DNA of 63,628 nt, filler included, from Reclinomonas americana ATCC 50394 (Eukaryota): the NCBI GenBank assembly GCA_048213135.1. It is 7 parts of 3 records of this genome, joined end to end, with 100 filler letters (N's around TTAATTAATTAA, not from the genome) between each part and the next. Parts side by side here need not be neighbours in the genome. Positions count along the whole stretch, not along the records: positions 1 to 22,731 come from PS015366.1; positions 22,832 to 35,009 come from PS015366.1; 5 more parts are not named here. The stretch is one strand, 5' to 3'. Both the position numbers and the translations under genes were made by a program. The number at the start of each line of letters is the position of its first letter. The stretch's first letter is position 1. A model generated the notes under the pieces. The model saw nothing but the letters and a program-made list of their open reading frames with translations. It made no database searches and was not told the DNA's origin. Of the stretch, positions 12,968 through 24,501 are shown in pieces.

Positions 12968-14163
12968 ATTTGCACCTGTCGCGAGGCCGCCGACGCGGCT
13001 GTCTCTGTGGCCGTGGCCAGATGTGGTGCACCAGAACCAGCCTTCAGGCACCAGCGTCGCTGCGCTTGATCGGCCGTGATCGTCAGGCATCCAAGAACGC
13101 CACTGTTCCGTTGGCGAGTCAGCGCCACACAACAAAAAGTCTTCATGACCCAGCGAGACGCAACTTGTCGCAGCCATACACCAACATCTTGTGCTTGATG
13201 CTCTCCGCGTCGGCGAATCCAGGCCCATCGTGCGACGGATCACGCGCCTCGTACAGCATCAACGACTCGACAGCACCCTGCGTCCACCCATCGCATGAGC
13301 CGACTTGTCAGTGACAGGCACTCTTGCCTCCGCGAACGCAACTTCCACGCCAATCTCATACACAGGCTCGGCACCCTGCAGAATGCGAATCATGCGATCC
13401 TTGCAGCCGAGCGTCGGATTCATGCGGCCCGTGTTGACCACATCTCCAACAATCATATCACGAATGCCTTTGCCAAACAACACAATGAGCACGAACAGAT
13501 ACAAGCTACTGGCAGCCAAGCAATACATAACGATCAGGCGCGACATAAAAGTGCTCCTCCTTCTCCTCCTTGAACTCGCGAAACATGTAGTCGCCCGAGG
13601 ACCACAGTTGCGGGGGGGCGAGCACAATGAGCGACAGTGGCTCGACCACATCGACGGCCTCAAAGGCGAAGAACTCTTTGCCTTTCTTGGAGAGACCGCG
13701 GACTTGTTGCCCGGAGGAGTAGAAGAACTTGTCGCCGACACGACACACGCAGAGAATGGGCTTGGTGCCAGGAAGTGACTTGTAGGATGACTGATTGACG
13801 ACAAAAGTGTGAGTGGAAATGTCAGAGAAAGAGGATGAGAGGAGGAGGTGAATGTAACTCGTATTCCTGTGTGTGGCATAGGGAGTGTGTGAGTGGCACA
13901 GTGAGACAAGTGAGTTGGTTTGATTTCGCGCGCGCGCAACTTCCTTTCTTCATACTGAATGTCTGCACAACGCCATCGCAATCGCCGACGACCACCTGTG
14001 TGCGTATGTGTGTGTGAGAGAGAGAGACACACACAGAGAGAGTAAAGCAGAGAGAGAGTGTGACCTTTTGTGTGGGTCTGCGGCCTGGAGGCATGACGAC
14101 CATGGCGCGGCGGTTTGTGCAGCCCGCCGCGAGCATGTCGACGCGTCGAAAGGAGAGCTCCAT
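7691..14163 (-). CDS. BBS7: Bardet-Biedl syndrome 7 protein (BBSome subunit), multi-exon, spans two N gaps
   Basis: N-terminus MELSFRRVDMLAAGCTNRRAMVVMPPGRRPTQK|VVVGDCDGVVQTFSMKKG; internal DLIIGRDNGSLEVY, LLATYRCPDSTNRLEMRIRTVEG, KTCQLVQFPVKPLSLHTR; C-terminus QPKRLEFLHGIIVSLYIDKWKLKG. Confidence 0.95.
9521..9556. other. Untrimmed SOLiD/Ion Torrent mate-pair junction adapter (assembly artefact)
   Basis: CTGCTGTACCGTACATCCGCCTTGGCCGTACAGCAG, followed by an indel-containing copy (9557-9621) of ATG2 sequence 6789-6852 and then an N gap. Confidence 0.9.
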
Positions 14164-14552
14164 GTTGTGATGAGGAGTGGCGACTAAACACACACAGCGC
14201 GACAGAGGCGACCGCGATTGAAGTAAATAAAACGATCACTCCATCGGATCCATGGACACTTTTTTCATCATTGTGTGAGAGAGGAAATGACGCGCAAACG
14301 CAGCGTGCGGTGGTGCATTCGGCAGCGGTGTTATGGCAGTGGTGAAGCAAAGCAGAGGCGACACGGCCTTCATCTGCGCTTCATTTTTCGCGCCCACCGT
14401 CCATTCCATCCACCGACACTCTTTCTATCATTGTGCGAGAGAGGAAGACATAAACTCCACGCTACATGGAGCTCGGAAGCGATGGAGGCGGGAGTGTGCC
14501 GGCCACGGAGGAGACAAGCAGTGGAGGCGATGAAAGTCGACGCGCATTAATC

Positions 14553-16189
14553 ATGGATGAGTTGTTGTCGTCAGTTGGCGCGTTGTTGTCACGACGATCG
14601 GCGACTGTGTGTGAGCTGCTCACCATCGCAGACGACGATCAGTGCCGCACATTGTGTCACAAAGGCACGTGCCCTCTTACTCACTCACTCACTCGGAAGT
14701 CGATGATGATGATTGATGATCAGACGCTGAAATGCATGTTTTTCCTCTCTTTATCGCCAGTTCTTGCCTATGTGGAGGTGCAGCGGAAGCGACCCTGGTC
14801 GCCTGCGCTGCTGTTGTGCGCAGAGGCGGAGCTAGTCGACGCCTTGCATCGCCTGGCCACGTCGTTGCTGCAGTGTTTGCAGAGTGAGCTCGACAAGAGT
14901 CGCGTCCGCGCGCTGACCAATGCGTGGCTGACTATGCTGTCGGTGGTGCGTCGCTGGTGGTTCCGAGAGCGCGCGACTGAGGATATGGTGTGCTCTGTAT
15001 GTTGCGTCTCTCCTGGGAAAGCAATGGATGGTGGCGCGTGAGTGGCAGTTGGTGATGTCATGAACATGCGCGCGCAGATCGTGAGTTGCGGTGTCGTGAT
15101 CGACCGCTGAGCGATCGGCGCGAGTGGCAGCTGCAGCGGCTGCTGAATGTGCTGCCTGCGGGCACGCGGGCGATGTTGCTCATGTCGCTGTCGTCGTCGT
15201 CGTCGTCGGTTGCAAGAGACGATCGTGTGGATCTCGATTCCGAACACGAGGCGCCCTCGTCGTCGTGTGGTTGCGTTGATTGCTCTTGTGTTGTCCCTCG
15301 TGCTGCTTGTTGCTCACGTACATATGTGTGCCGATAGTTCTGCTGTCGTCGTCGGCGTCGTGCCCGTCGCTGCTTGATTTGCAGTCGCCGCACGCCGAGC
15401 GGTGCCATCTGCCGAGACCCGTGTTGAGCACTGCGTGTCGTTGCGTCGCATGAGAGAGGCCCTGCATGCACGCGAGTCCTAACCTCCGTCGCCTTCCCGC
15501 AGCCTCCATTCGCTGGACGACACTCGGATTCTCCACACCGTCGCCTCCGCCACTGCTGTTGTCGAACCACGATCAGTCGGTGCGCACAAGCGCCGTCGGC
15601 AGCCGCATGGTCGTGTGCGGTGGTCCACTGTGCGTGACGGCGGAGGTGGTGTACTTTGAGTTCCGCCTGCGCCTGCTGGTCGACGCCTGGCGCGCCAGCC
15701 AAGTCAAGATCGGTCTGTGCGACGTCGAGTGGGCGTCGACGATCCGCGAGGCGAAACTCGAGGCACCGTACGCATTCAGTTACTGCCCGCTGCGTCGATC
15801 GTCGGCCGACCCGTCGCTCGCAGTGGAGCCGGGTGCCTCGGTGCGACTCGGCCTCGCACTCGATCGCGTCACTGGTGAGTTGTGCAGGATATCGGCATCG
15901 ATATCGATGCAATGACTCACTGCCCTCTGCATGCTCCCCTGCAGGCTGCATGCTGGTGTGGAAGTCATCCAGCGACTCCACCATGCTACCCACACGCTTC
16001 CGCGCCTCGCTGCTCAGCGTGTCGGGCACAGCGTGGCCGCAAGCCGCGCAGATGCCTCGCCTTCGTCCGTTCGTGTTGCTGACGGATCCGCAAGTCGAAG
16101 CCACGATTGTCGATGCAGAGGCCTCGATGCCGTCAGATCTGCCAGAGGCGGTCGCCAAAGTGCGCAAGCATCACGCTGTGCTTACGTGA
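14553..16189 (+). CDS. Hypothetical protein with C-terminal divergent SPRY/B30.2-like domain (paralog 1)
   Basis: Spliced model MDELLSSVGALL...VVYFEFRL...VKIGLCD...GASVRLGLALDRVT|GCMLVW...LRPFVLL follows the SPRY pattern YFEv...iG...GDxiGxxlDxxxGxixf...lyPxv. Confidence 0.6.
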
Positions 16190-16408
16190 GAGAAGGACAA
16201 GGAGAGATCGAGAGAGGTGAGCCAGACAATTGCCAGTGTAAAGAAAGATCGCTGAAAGCAACAGCTTCCCGACACTGTTCTCCTTCGTTGTCTGGCTCAT
16301 TCTCACACAGCAAAGCATGCCACGATGGTATCCGGCGGACGATTGCGACGGGACACGTTTGACAGGTTCATCTTCTCTCCTTCATATCACGCACATACGC
16401 AATCACAC

Positions 16409-18619
16409 ATGGCCTCTGCAGCTGAAGCCTCAGTGCGAGAGACACTCGCAGCTGTGCTGGAGGCTGTCACCAGTGGCAACGCCTCTGAGAAGGAGATCAA
16501 AGCGCAAGTCCATCGCGCAGCACATGCTCGTTGCGTCCCCCCACTGACTGCCTCCACCTGCTCCTCTCTCTCACACACAGTCTCTTAGTCAACACATACC
16601 TGGCGCACTGGGACGTGGAGCACCAGACACCACCTCCCGAGTACGAGGATCACGCGGGAGAGATCCGCAACAGCACTGAGCGACTGATCCGCGAGGCACC
16701 GCGGCAAGGCGGGCGCGAAGTCAGCAACTCGGACGAGTTCTCGGAGCTCAAGGACGTGCATCGGAGACTGGCCAGCAAGCGCAACAGTCTGACGTCGACC
16801 GCCGGCAGCATGTCGTCCTGGGTGCATGTCGAGCGGAGGTCTGTGTCGCCGACACGGACGGTGGACTTGGGAGGTGCGAGTGGAAGCAGTCCGTCGAGGG
16901 CATCTGCTGCTGCTCCTCCAATGCCTGCATCACCTGCTCGTTCGACCGGGCTGGCCTCGTCTGCCATTGACTCGGTGGCGTCCATTGTCGGTCATGTGGT
17001 GCCTCCTTCTGGTGATGGACAGGCTTTGCGCGTAGAGACTCGTTGCGTCGGTGTTGCTCCTTGCTCTTCTCCCGCGCGTTGCTCAATCTCGTCGACAACA
17101 GCGGAGCTCGAGTGGCGCGTCACGGACCCGCTGGATCGGCAGAATCTGGTGGTGCGCGCCGGTGGCGAGGAGGTGGTGTCGCCGGACTTTTGCCAGCGCA
17201 TTGCCCTGGCCATGCCGAGGGGCACGTGGGCGCCGACAGAGTCGTCGATTCTCTACTTTGAGATCATGCTGAGTATGAGCGCGCGGCCGTTTGGCGACGA
17301 GGATACGCTGGCCATGAACAGTGTTCGTGTTGGCCTGCGCGACCCCGATGTGCCGTCGGTCACCTACAGCGACCGCGATTCGTGCATGGTGTCGCCGCTG
17401 CTGGGCGACAAGGTTGACCAGCGGCTCAATGATCATTTGGGGGTGTCGGTGCACCATGCGTCGGGTGAGGCAGAAGGGAAAGGGCATAGAGGGGAAGGGG
17501 GTGGGGGGGGGAAGGGGGGGACAAGAGGAGAAGGGGGAGAGGAGAAGGGGCAAAGGGGGAGGAGAGGGGAGGGAAAAGTAGAAGGGCATGCTTTATTCTT
17601 CTTTCGTGGCTCCTCTCTGTGCAGCTCTCTCGTGGATAGTGGTTGCGGCGAGAGAGCGGGCAGGGAAGAATGTGTGTTGTCAGAGTCTTCTTCGCATGTC
17701 TGCTCGCCTTTTGTGCACGAGAGGTCAGATTGCCAAGCTCTATTGTTGGCTCCCTTGTCTGCTTGGCCGTCTTTTCGCTGGAGGATTCGCTGAAGAGAGG
17801 AGAGGAGATCTCCTCTGTTCTGTTCTTGCGATGCGTGTGAGTACACGGCGAGTGGACGTGCTGTCAGACTCTTTTGCCTCTTTCTTCTTGTCTGTTCGTG
17901 CTTCTATTCGGTGTGGTTCGTGTGATGGATTGCGAAGAGAGCAGGAGAGAGGAGGGAAGGTCTGTCACGTGCAGTGCCTGTGAGTAAGATGCAGGGTAGG
18001 AGAGTGCGGCAAGTCTGACTCCCCTTTCTGCATGTCTGTTCGCCGTTCTTTTGGTGCACCTCTGAGCCAGCGGGAGAAAAGTGTCTTGCCGAACTCGTCT
18101 TCTTGGTTCTGTTGTCACTGCTCTGTCTCCTTCTCTCCCTTCGTGAAACCTGTTGTGGATAGTGGTGTGCAGGATGGAGAAGTGCACGACAGAGGGGGTC
18201 TGCTGTCAGACTCGTAGGTCCCATATCTGGTTGTCTTCTTGCAGTATGAGGCTTGCCGAACTCGGCTCTTCTGGGTCTCTTGCCTTCTCCTCTTTTTCTT
18301 GAGACGTTTGTTGCCGACCTCATCTTGTCTTGCTCTCTTGTCTTTCTCCCTAGTTGCTTCCTCCTTCTCCTTGCGTCTGCTCACCCATTCCCTCATCGCA
18401 GGCACGTTGCTCCTGTGGCCGAACCGCCTCGCGCAGCCAAACGGCAAGCCGAAGCTGGTGAAGCGCAACCCCAACGTCGGCACGATGGACAAGCCATTCA
18501 TGCCGGCCGTGCGCCTGACATCGCCCATGCAAGTGGCCACCATCATCAACAACCCACAAGTGCCCAGCACGCTCCTCAAGTACATGGAGCAGCAAATCAG
18601 CAGCGCATCCGCGGTATAA
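16409..18619 (+). CDS. Hypothetical protein with C-terminal divergent SPRY/B30.2-like domain (paralog 2)
   Basis: MASAAEASVRETLAAVLEAV...ILYFEIML...VRVGLRD...NDHLGVSVHHAS|GTLLLWPN...FMPAVRL; last intron 17465-18401 is repeat-expanded. Confidence 0.62.
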
Positions 18620-18739
18620 TAGTCGTCAATGAAGCAGCTCTGTTATCGCGAGAACCCGCGGTTGGATGTGTCGCGACCTCGAGCTCAGAAACAAAATCGT
18701 CAATGCAAGTCTTCCACGCTGTTCCGCGTTCGATGCAAA

Positions 18740-18976
18740 TCGCTGGTCTTGACTAATCCCTAGTAACGACGCTTCCGCTGCTTCACGTACCTGGCTTTTG
18801 TCTGGCTTCGGCCTTCTCCCGAGATTGGATTTGTCGTGCTGAAAGCAATTGCAATTGTGCATGAACCAAATCCGCTTCTGTAATGCAGATCGCAGTTCTC
18901 GACTTGTTAGAAGCTGCGAGAATGATCCTACCACACTGCCTTCAAGGCTATACTTGGACTTTATCAAGACCAGTGA
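18740..18976 (+). ncRNA. Candidate structured non-coding RNA, identity unknown
   Basis: 13-bp closing helix 18740-18752/18964-18976 with one G-U pair; c(UUCG)g hairpin 18804-18813; helix GGATTTG/CAAATCC 18827-18873; hairpin 18891-18918. Lies in a lower-GC intergenic gap. Confidence 0.45.
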
Positions 18977-19034
18977 CACATGATTTCCGGCGAAACACGA
19001 CAACTTCGGACATTAACATTGTGTGAGAGGAGAC

Positions 19035-21078
19035 ATGCTTCTCACGCGACTCAGAGCGTTCAGTGAGGCATTGGAGGCCATGCGCGTAGAGGCAGATCTG
19101 GAGGTGATCAGAGAGGAGTCAGAGTGGCTGATCCAGCAAGGTCTTCCACAAGATCACTCGCTGTCACTAGTTGTTGTTGTCTGCTCACACACGTACACGC
19201 GCGCACTCTCACAGTCACTGTGGAGGTTGAGCAGCTACACTCGGGCTATCCCTCGCCTCTTCTGGTGGTCGAGGCCGAGGCAGTGCTTTCGGTCATGGGA
19301 AGAGTGGCGAGGGAGGTGCATGCGAGGGGTGCGGTGGTGTTTCCGCGCGGAGGCGACTGGCTGCGTGCGTTCAAGAACCTCAGCGCGCGGTGGGCGGGGT
19401 TTGTGGCGTCGCCTGTCGCTGTGCAGCAGTGTTGTTGCGTGGGGAAAAGGGGAAGGAGAAGGGAGAAGGGGAGGAAAGGGACAAGAAAGGAGAGGGCGAG
19501 ATCAGGATCCATTCTCGTTGAGCTGCAGGGGAGGTAATAGTGGGCAGAGAGGAGATGCGAGAATGAGATAGTGAGTGGAGGAGAGGTCGTATGAGAGAAG
19601 GGGGGAAGAGATAAGGATGAGCAGGGACCAGGATAAAGGAAAATTGAAGGAAGAGGGCCAGTCGTTCTCGTTGAGCAGCTGGGGAGGTAATAGTGGGCTG
19701 AGAGGAGAGGCAAGAATGCGGCAGTGAGTGGAGGAGAGAAGGGGGAAGGGAGGATGAGCAGGGATAAGCTTAAAGATAAAGGAAAATTGAAGGAAGAGGG
19801 CCAGTTGTTCTCGTTGAGTAATAGGGGAGGTAATAGTGAGCAGAGAGGAAAGGCCGGAATGAGGCAGTGAGTGGAGGAGAGCGGTGTGAGAGAGAAGGGG
19901 ACAAGGGAGGAGAATGAGCAGGGATAAGGATGAAAGGAAAAATGAAGGAAGAGTGACACAAGCTTGGTGTAACGGAGGATGCTGGCATGAGCGGAAGGAA
20001 TGGAGGGCAGGGGAGTGGAGGAGATAGTGGAAGAGAGCATGAGACACTGAGAGAATTCAGAGCAGCAGATGGGAAGGAGAGAAGTGGAGAGAAAGGAACA
20101 AGGAGAGTTCTCCTTCTCACGTCGGTGCTCCGTGAATTCCTTTCTCATCCCCTTCTGTTGTCCCCTTGAGCTTCCTTCCCGTCTCTCCTCCCTTCTCGCC
20201 CACTCTGTTGCTCTGTACGTAAGGGAGAGACACCAGGGTTGCCTGTGCTTGAGGGCCTCAGAGTTTACATTCTTATCGGTCTCATTCTCCTCCTTTCCCT
20301 TCACAGTGAAGCACCTGGCGAGAAGGAGACGCGGACACGATGCGCATGGGAGTGGCGACGACGATGGCGATAAGGAAGAGCTCGCAGCAGCGGTGCAGTG
20401 CTTGCAGGGCCGCGTGCAGGAGCTGGTGACTGACGGTGTGTTGGTGGCACTCCGACCTAATTCACAACACTCTTCGTTATCCTGACTTGAGCTGTCGCAG
20501 CATCGTTCCGATGGTGCGTCGAGTCGATGGCAGACGTGGAGCACTCGGGTTCATCGGTGTGGATACGGCGCGGCGGCCCAGACACGTGCGTGGTCAAGTG
20601 CCGCGGCGCGCGGGAGCTGTCGGAGAGGCCCGTGTATCTGTCGTTTCTGGTCGAGTGTACCGTGCTGGCGGTGGATGCGGCCGCCAATCCGCGCTTCGCC
20701 GTGGGTGTGAGGGAGGACTCGCACGACTTGTCGACGATGGATCGCGCCACGGCGCGGTACGTCAAGCCGTTTGTGCAAGAGTCTGGCATTGCGTTTTCGT
20801 TTGGCGACACCCTCGGCCTCACGCTGAATCGAACCACCGGTCTGTCTTCTGTTTTCCGTCGCCGTCAACCATCGCTGCTCACTCGTGTTGCGCACACAAC
20901 AGGCGACGTGTTTGTGTGGTCGTCAAGGCAGCAAGAGGCACGCCGGCTCAGCTGCGACTTGCCGCCGCTGGAAAACCCGGTGGCATTTGTGCGCCTCACT
21001 CCCGGCATTCGCGTCACCCTGCAGCCGCACGCACCCGTGCCGGCCGACTGCGTGAAGCGCATGTATGGTTCTGGCTAG
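19035..21078 (+). CDS. Hypothetical protein with C-terminal divergent SPRY/B30.2-like domain (paralog 3)
   Basis: MLLTRLRAFSEALEAMR...PVYLSFLVE...FAVGVRE...FSFGDTLGLTLNRTT|GDVFVW...PVAFVRL; stop TAG at 21076-21078. Confidence 0.68.
19501..19960. repeat. Imperfect tandem repeat (~2.5-3 copies, ~140-160 nt) inside an expanded intron
   Basis: Recurrent TTCTCGTTGAG...GGAGGTAATAGTG...GTGAGTGGAGGAGAG...GATAAAGGAAAATTGAAGGAAGAGGGCCAG blocks. Confidence 0.8.
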
Positions 21079-21191
21079 AGAGAGGGAGAGGGAGAACAAT
21101 ACTAGGAATAAAGAAGTACATGTTATACAAGGCAGATGGTTTTACAACAGAAATTTTTCACAAATGCGGCGGCGGCGGCGGCGGAGCATAC

Positions 21192-23457
21192 TCACGCCGC
21201 ACCACCTCCGACACCTCCATGGCGCGACAGCCGCGCCACACGACCCGCACCGACGCTGCCTGTGACGGCACTCGACGACAGCAGCGATGAGGAGGAGCGA
21301 GGCGGCATGGTTGTCATGGTGGACGAGCGCGTCATGACGGTTCGGCCACTGCTGGCCGTGGTGGTGGTGGTAGTGGTCGACGCAATGCTGCTCGTCCGCG
21401 ACAAGTGGCGCACGGTGCCACTGGATGCCACCTGCGGCTGCGACGACGACGACATCATGTCACCGAGTCGCGGTGCGCGACGCACATGCGACGCGAGTGT
21501 CGACGGAACCGCGCGTGTGGAGCCCGTGGCGGCCGCCAGACCCGGCGACGACATACGGCGCGACTGGCCGGCACCGCGACTCTCGCTACGCGGCGCTGAC
21601 GACGACGAAAGCGGAACAGAGCCAGCAGGCCGAATGCTCGCAGAGGGCGAGGCGCCGGCGATTGATGATCGGCTGACGGGGCGGAAGGGATCGGCCATGC
21701 CCGTTGGCATTGGGGCCACACTGCGAGTGGTCGTCAGAGAGGAAGGCAAAGGACAAGATGGGAGACAGAGGGGGGTGTACCGTTGTTGGCGAGTTGGGGA
21801 AGGGCGACGAACAGGCGCCGGGGCAGTGGAATCAAAGGCTGCGTTGGGGGGAGTGAGATTGTGAGAGAAAGAAACTCTTTCAAAGTATAAATCCACAAAC
21901 CTGCCATGAGTGACGAGGCCGCGGCCGCAGCCGACGACGTCGCCGAGCGGAAGGAGCGCGGAGCAGCGCTCGCCTGGCGCGGTAACGACTCACTCAACTC
22001 GGCGACATTGCCGCTGCGCACGTCACCCAGCGACTGTGTCGACGAGCGAAGCGGCGAGCTGCGACGGCGACTGGGAGCCGCGGAGACGGATGCCGCCAGC
22101 GCCGCGCCTGCGAGCTCGGTGGAGCGAGCCACCGCCGACGACAAGCGCTGCCGTGTAATCGAGGAGGAGGCCGCAGATGGCGGTCGCATGAGTGGAGGAG
22201 GAGGCGGTGGAGGTGAGGGCGGGGATGACGACGAGGCTGATGAGGAGGGTGCGGGCTGTCGCGGTAGCGGCGCTCGCGAGACAGGCTGCTCTTGCTGGTT
22301 GCCCAACACATTCGCCCGCGCACTGGCAAAGTTTGAGGAGGAGGACGGTCGCCACAGTCCACGCGATGACGGTGCACGACCGCTATTACCACCACCACTA
22401 CCGCTTGCGCCGCTGCTGAAAGCCAGCGGAGGAGGTGGGGGCGGAGAGGGAGGAACTAGCTGGTCGACCTGGGCGACACGACGAAAACAGAGGGGGGTGA
22501 TGCACGGCAACGGTAGTGAGGCGCATGCGGCACTCACAGGCAGCAGTGGCTGAGGTGGCGGCAGTGGTCGGAGTGCGGCAGACAGGGGTCGTGAGCGGGC
22601 CGGCGCCGGTGACCCTGGTGGCATCGACGACGCGGTGGTGCTCGTCGCTCCGCGGCCCTCCTCGGCCAGTGCATCGCGTACGTCGTTTCGGCAGAGCGGG
22701 CACTGCGTGCTGGTTTTGAACCAGGTGCGGANNNNNNNNNNNNNNNNNNNNNNNNNNNNNNNNNNNNNNNNNNNNTTAATTAATTAANNNNNNNNNNNNN
22801 NNNNNNNNNNNNNNNNNNNNNNNNNNNNNNNAAGGGGGAAGACAAGGGGAAGACAAGGGGGAAGACGAAGGGGGAAGACGAAGGGGGAAGACGAAGGGGG
22901 AAGACGAAGGGGGAAGACGAAGGGGAAAGGGGAGGGAGAGGGGGAAGAGATGGGAGACGAGGCGAGTGGACAGGAGGTTAGAGGAGCGGAAAGGAGGTTA
23001 AAGGAGTGGCAAAGAGGTCAGAGGAGTGGAAAGGAGGTTAGAGGAGTGGCAAAAAGGTCAGAGGAGTGGAAGGCAGGGAAGGTGGAAAAAGCACACGGAG
23101 TGGCAAGGAACGGAGAGAGAGGAGAGCTGCACCAAGGATGAAGAAGGATGCAGAGGTGTGCTGAAGAGTGCGGCAATCACTGCTCGACGGAAAGACAACA
23201 CTCACCGTCTCATCAAAGTCCTCCTGACACACAGCACACCGCGGATCCAACTCGCCCAACGATCTCGCCGCACGGAGTGACACCACCGGCACCTTCTCCA
23301 GATCCTCGTCGCTCAGACCGCGCCTTGTAATGCCCGCGTCCAGCTCCAACATGCGCTCGTACGACGACAGGAAGCCGCCTCCGGCACCACCACCGAACCC
23401 CAGAAGATCATCGTCGTCATCGCCAAACAGACCAGCGTCGCCGCGAATGGCCAGTGC
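21192..23457 (-). CDS. RING-H2 E3 ubiquitin ligase with long Ser/Pro-rich C-terminal tail, 5'-partial; RING split by gap/spacer
   Basis: SYERMLELDAGITRRGLSDEDLEKVP...RCAVCQEDFDE (23213-23457), then after the gap RTWFKTSTQCPLCRNDV (~22680-22731). Confidence 0.8.
22776..22787. other. Artificial scaffold spacer TTAATTAATTAA between N runs (also 35054-35065, 41523-41534, 49094-49105, 54787-54798, 56739-56750)
   Basis: Identical palindromic six-frame-stop 12-mer flanked each time by ~44 N. Confidence 0.95.
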
Positions 23458-24419
23458 TGCAGAATAGGGAAAGAGGGAGGGAAGGGGAAGGAAGGGGAAG
23501 AGAGAAGGAGAAGGAAGTGAGCAGCGGACAGGAAAAGAGAGGGATGGGAACAGAGAGGGAGAGGCTGGAGAGAAGCTGGAGAGAAGGTGAGCAGGAGAGC
23601 ACGAGAGCAGGAGAAGGGCCAGGAAACAGGGAGAAGGGGAGAGCACGAGAACAGAAGAAAAGAGCAGAAGAACAGAAGAGGAGAGCATGGGAGAGGCTGG
23701 AGGGGAAGTGAGCAGGAGAGCAGGAGAGCAGGAGACGATGGGCGGTATCAGGAGGAAGAGGCAGAGGAGTGAAAACAGTGAAAAGGATGGCAGGAGAGAG
23801 GCTAAAGGAAGGTGAGCAGGAGAGCAGGAGAGGAAGAGAAGGGTCAGGAAACAGGGAGAAGGCGAGAGCACGAGAGCAGAAGAAAAGAGCAGGAGAACAG
23901 AAGAGGAGAGCATGAAGGAAGGGCAGGAGAGAGACTGGAGGGAAGATGAGCAGGAGAGCAGGAGAGCAAGGAGATGCACAAGAGAAATGAGCAGCAAAAA
24001 GGAGGAGAAGCAACCAGGAGTGCAGGATAGGAGAGAGAGACCAGGATAGGAGAACAGAGCATGGCAACAGATGAGGAGAGCAGGAGAGAGAGGCCGGAGG
24101 GACGGTGGGCAACGGATTAGGGCCAAGAGACAAAACGCAAGAGATAAGGATCAAGTATAAGGGCAGGAGAGCAGGAGAGTGAAAGGGAGACAGAGAGCAG
24201 GCGAGAAGGATCAGGAAAGAGGCTGAGAGAACAGTCAGGCCGAACAATGACGTTGCACGCGTAATGGATCACAATCAACACAGTGACTGGCGATGAGAGA
24301 GTGAGAAAGAGTGAGAGGAGAGGAGAGGCTGTGTGAGCAAGTGTGTGTGAGTGTGTGAGAGAGTGTGTGTGTGCGTCAGTGTGACTAAAGGTGTTGAAAA
24401 CCGTGATTGTGCCTCTGCT

Positions 24420-24501
<82 letters not shown>

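Noticed and set aside
11254..13314. Long ORFs through N runs and GA/CT/CA repeats (also 25302-27451, 46432-49011, 49309-50859, 52714-54063)
   Set aside because: Open only because N runs and microsatellites lack stops; not evidence of coding.
18740..18976. MITE with 13-bp terminal inverted repeats, or a firm U1/SRP/RNase P call
   Set aside because: No target-site duplication or second copy in the window; U1-70K loop, canonical SRP helix 8 and the P4 consensus were not found, so it is left as an unnamed candidate.
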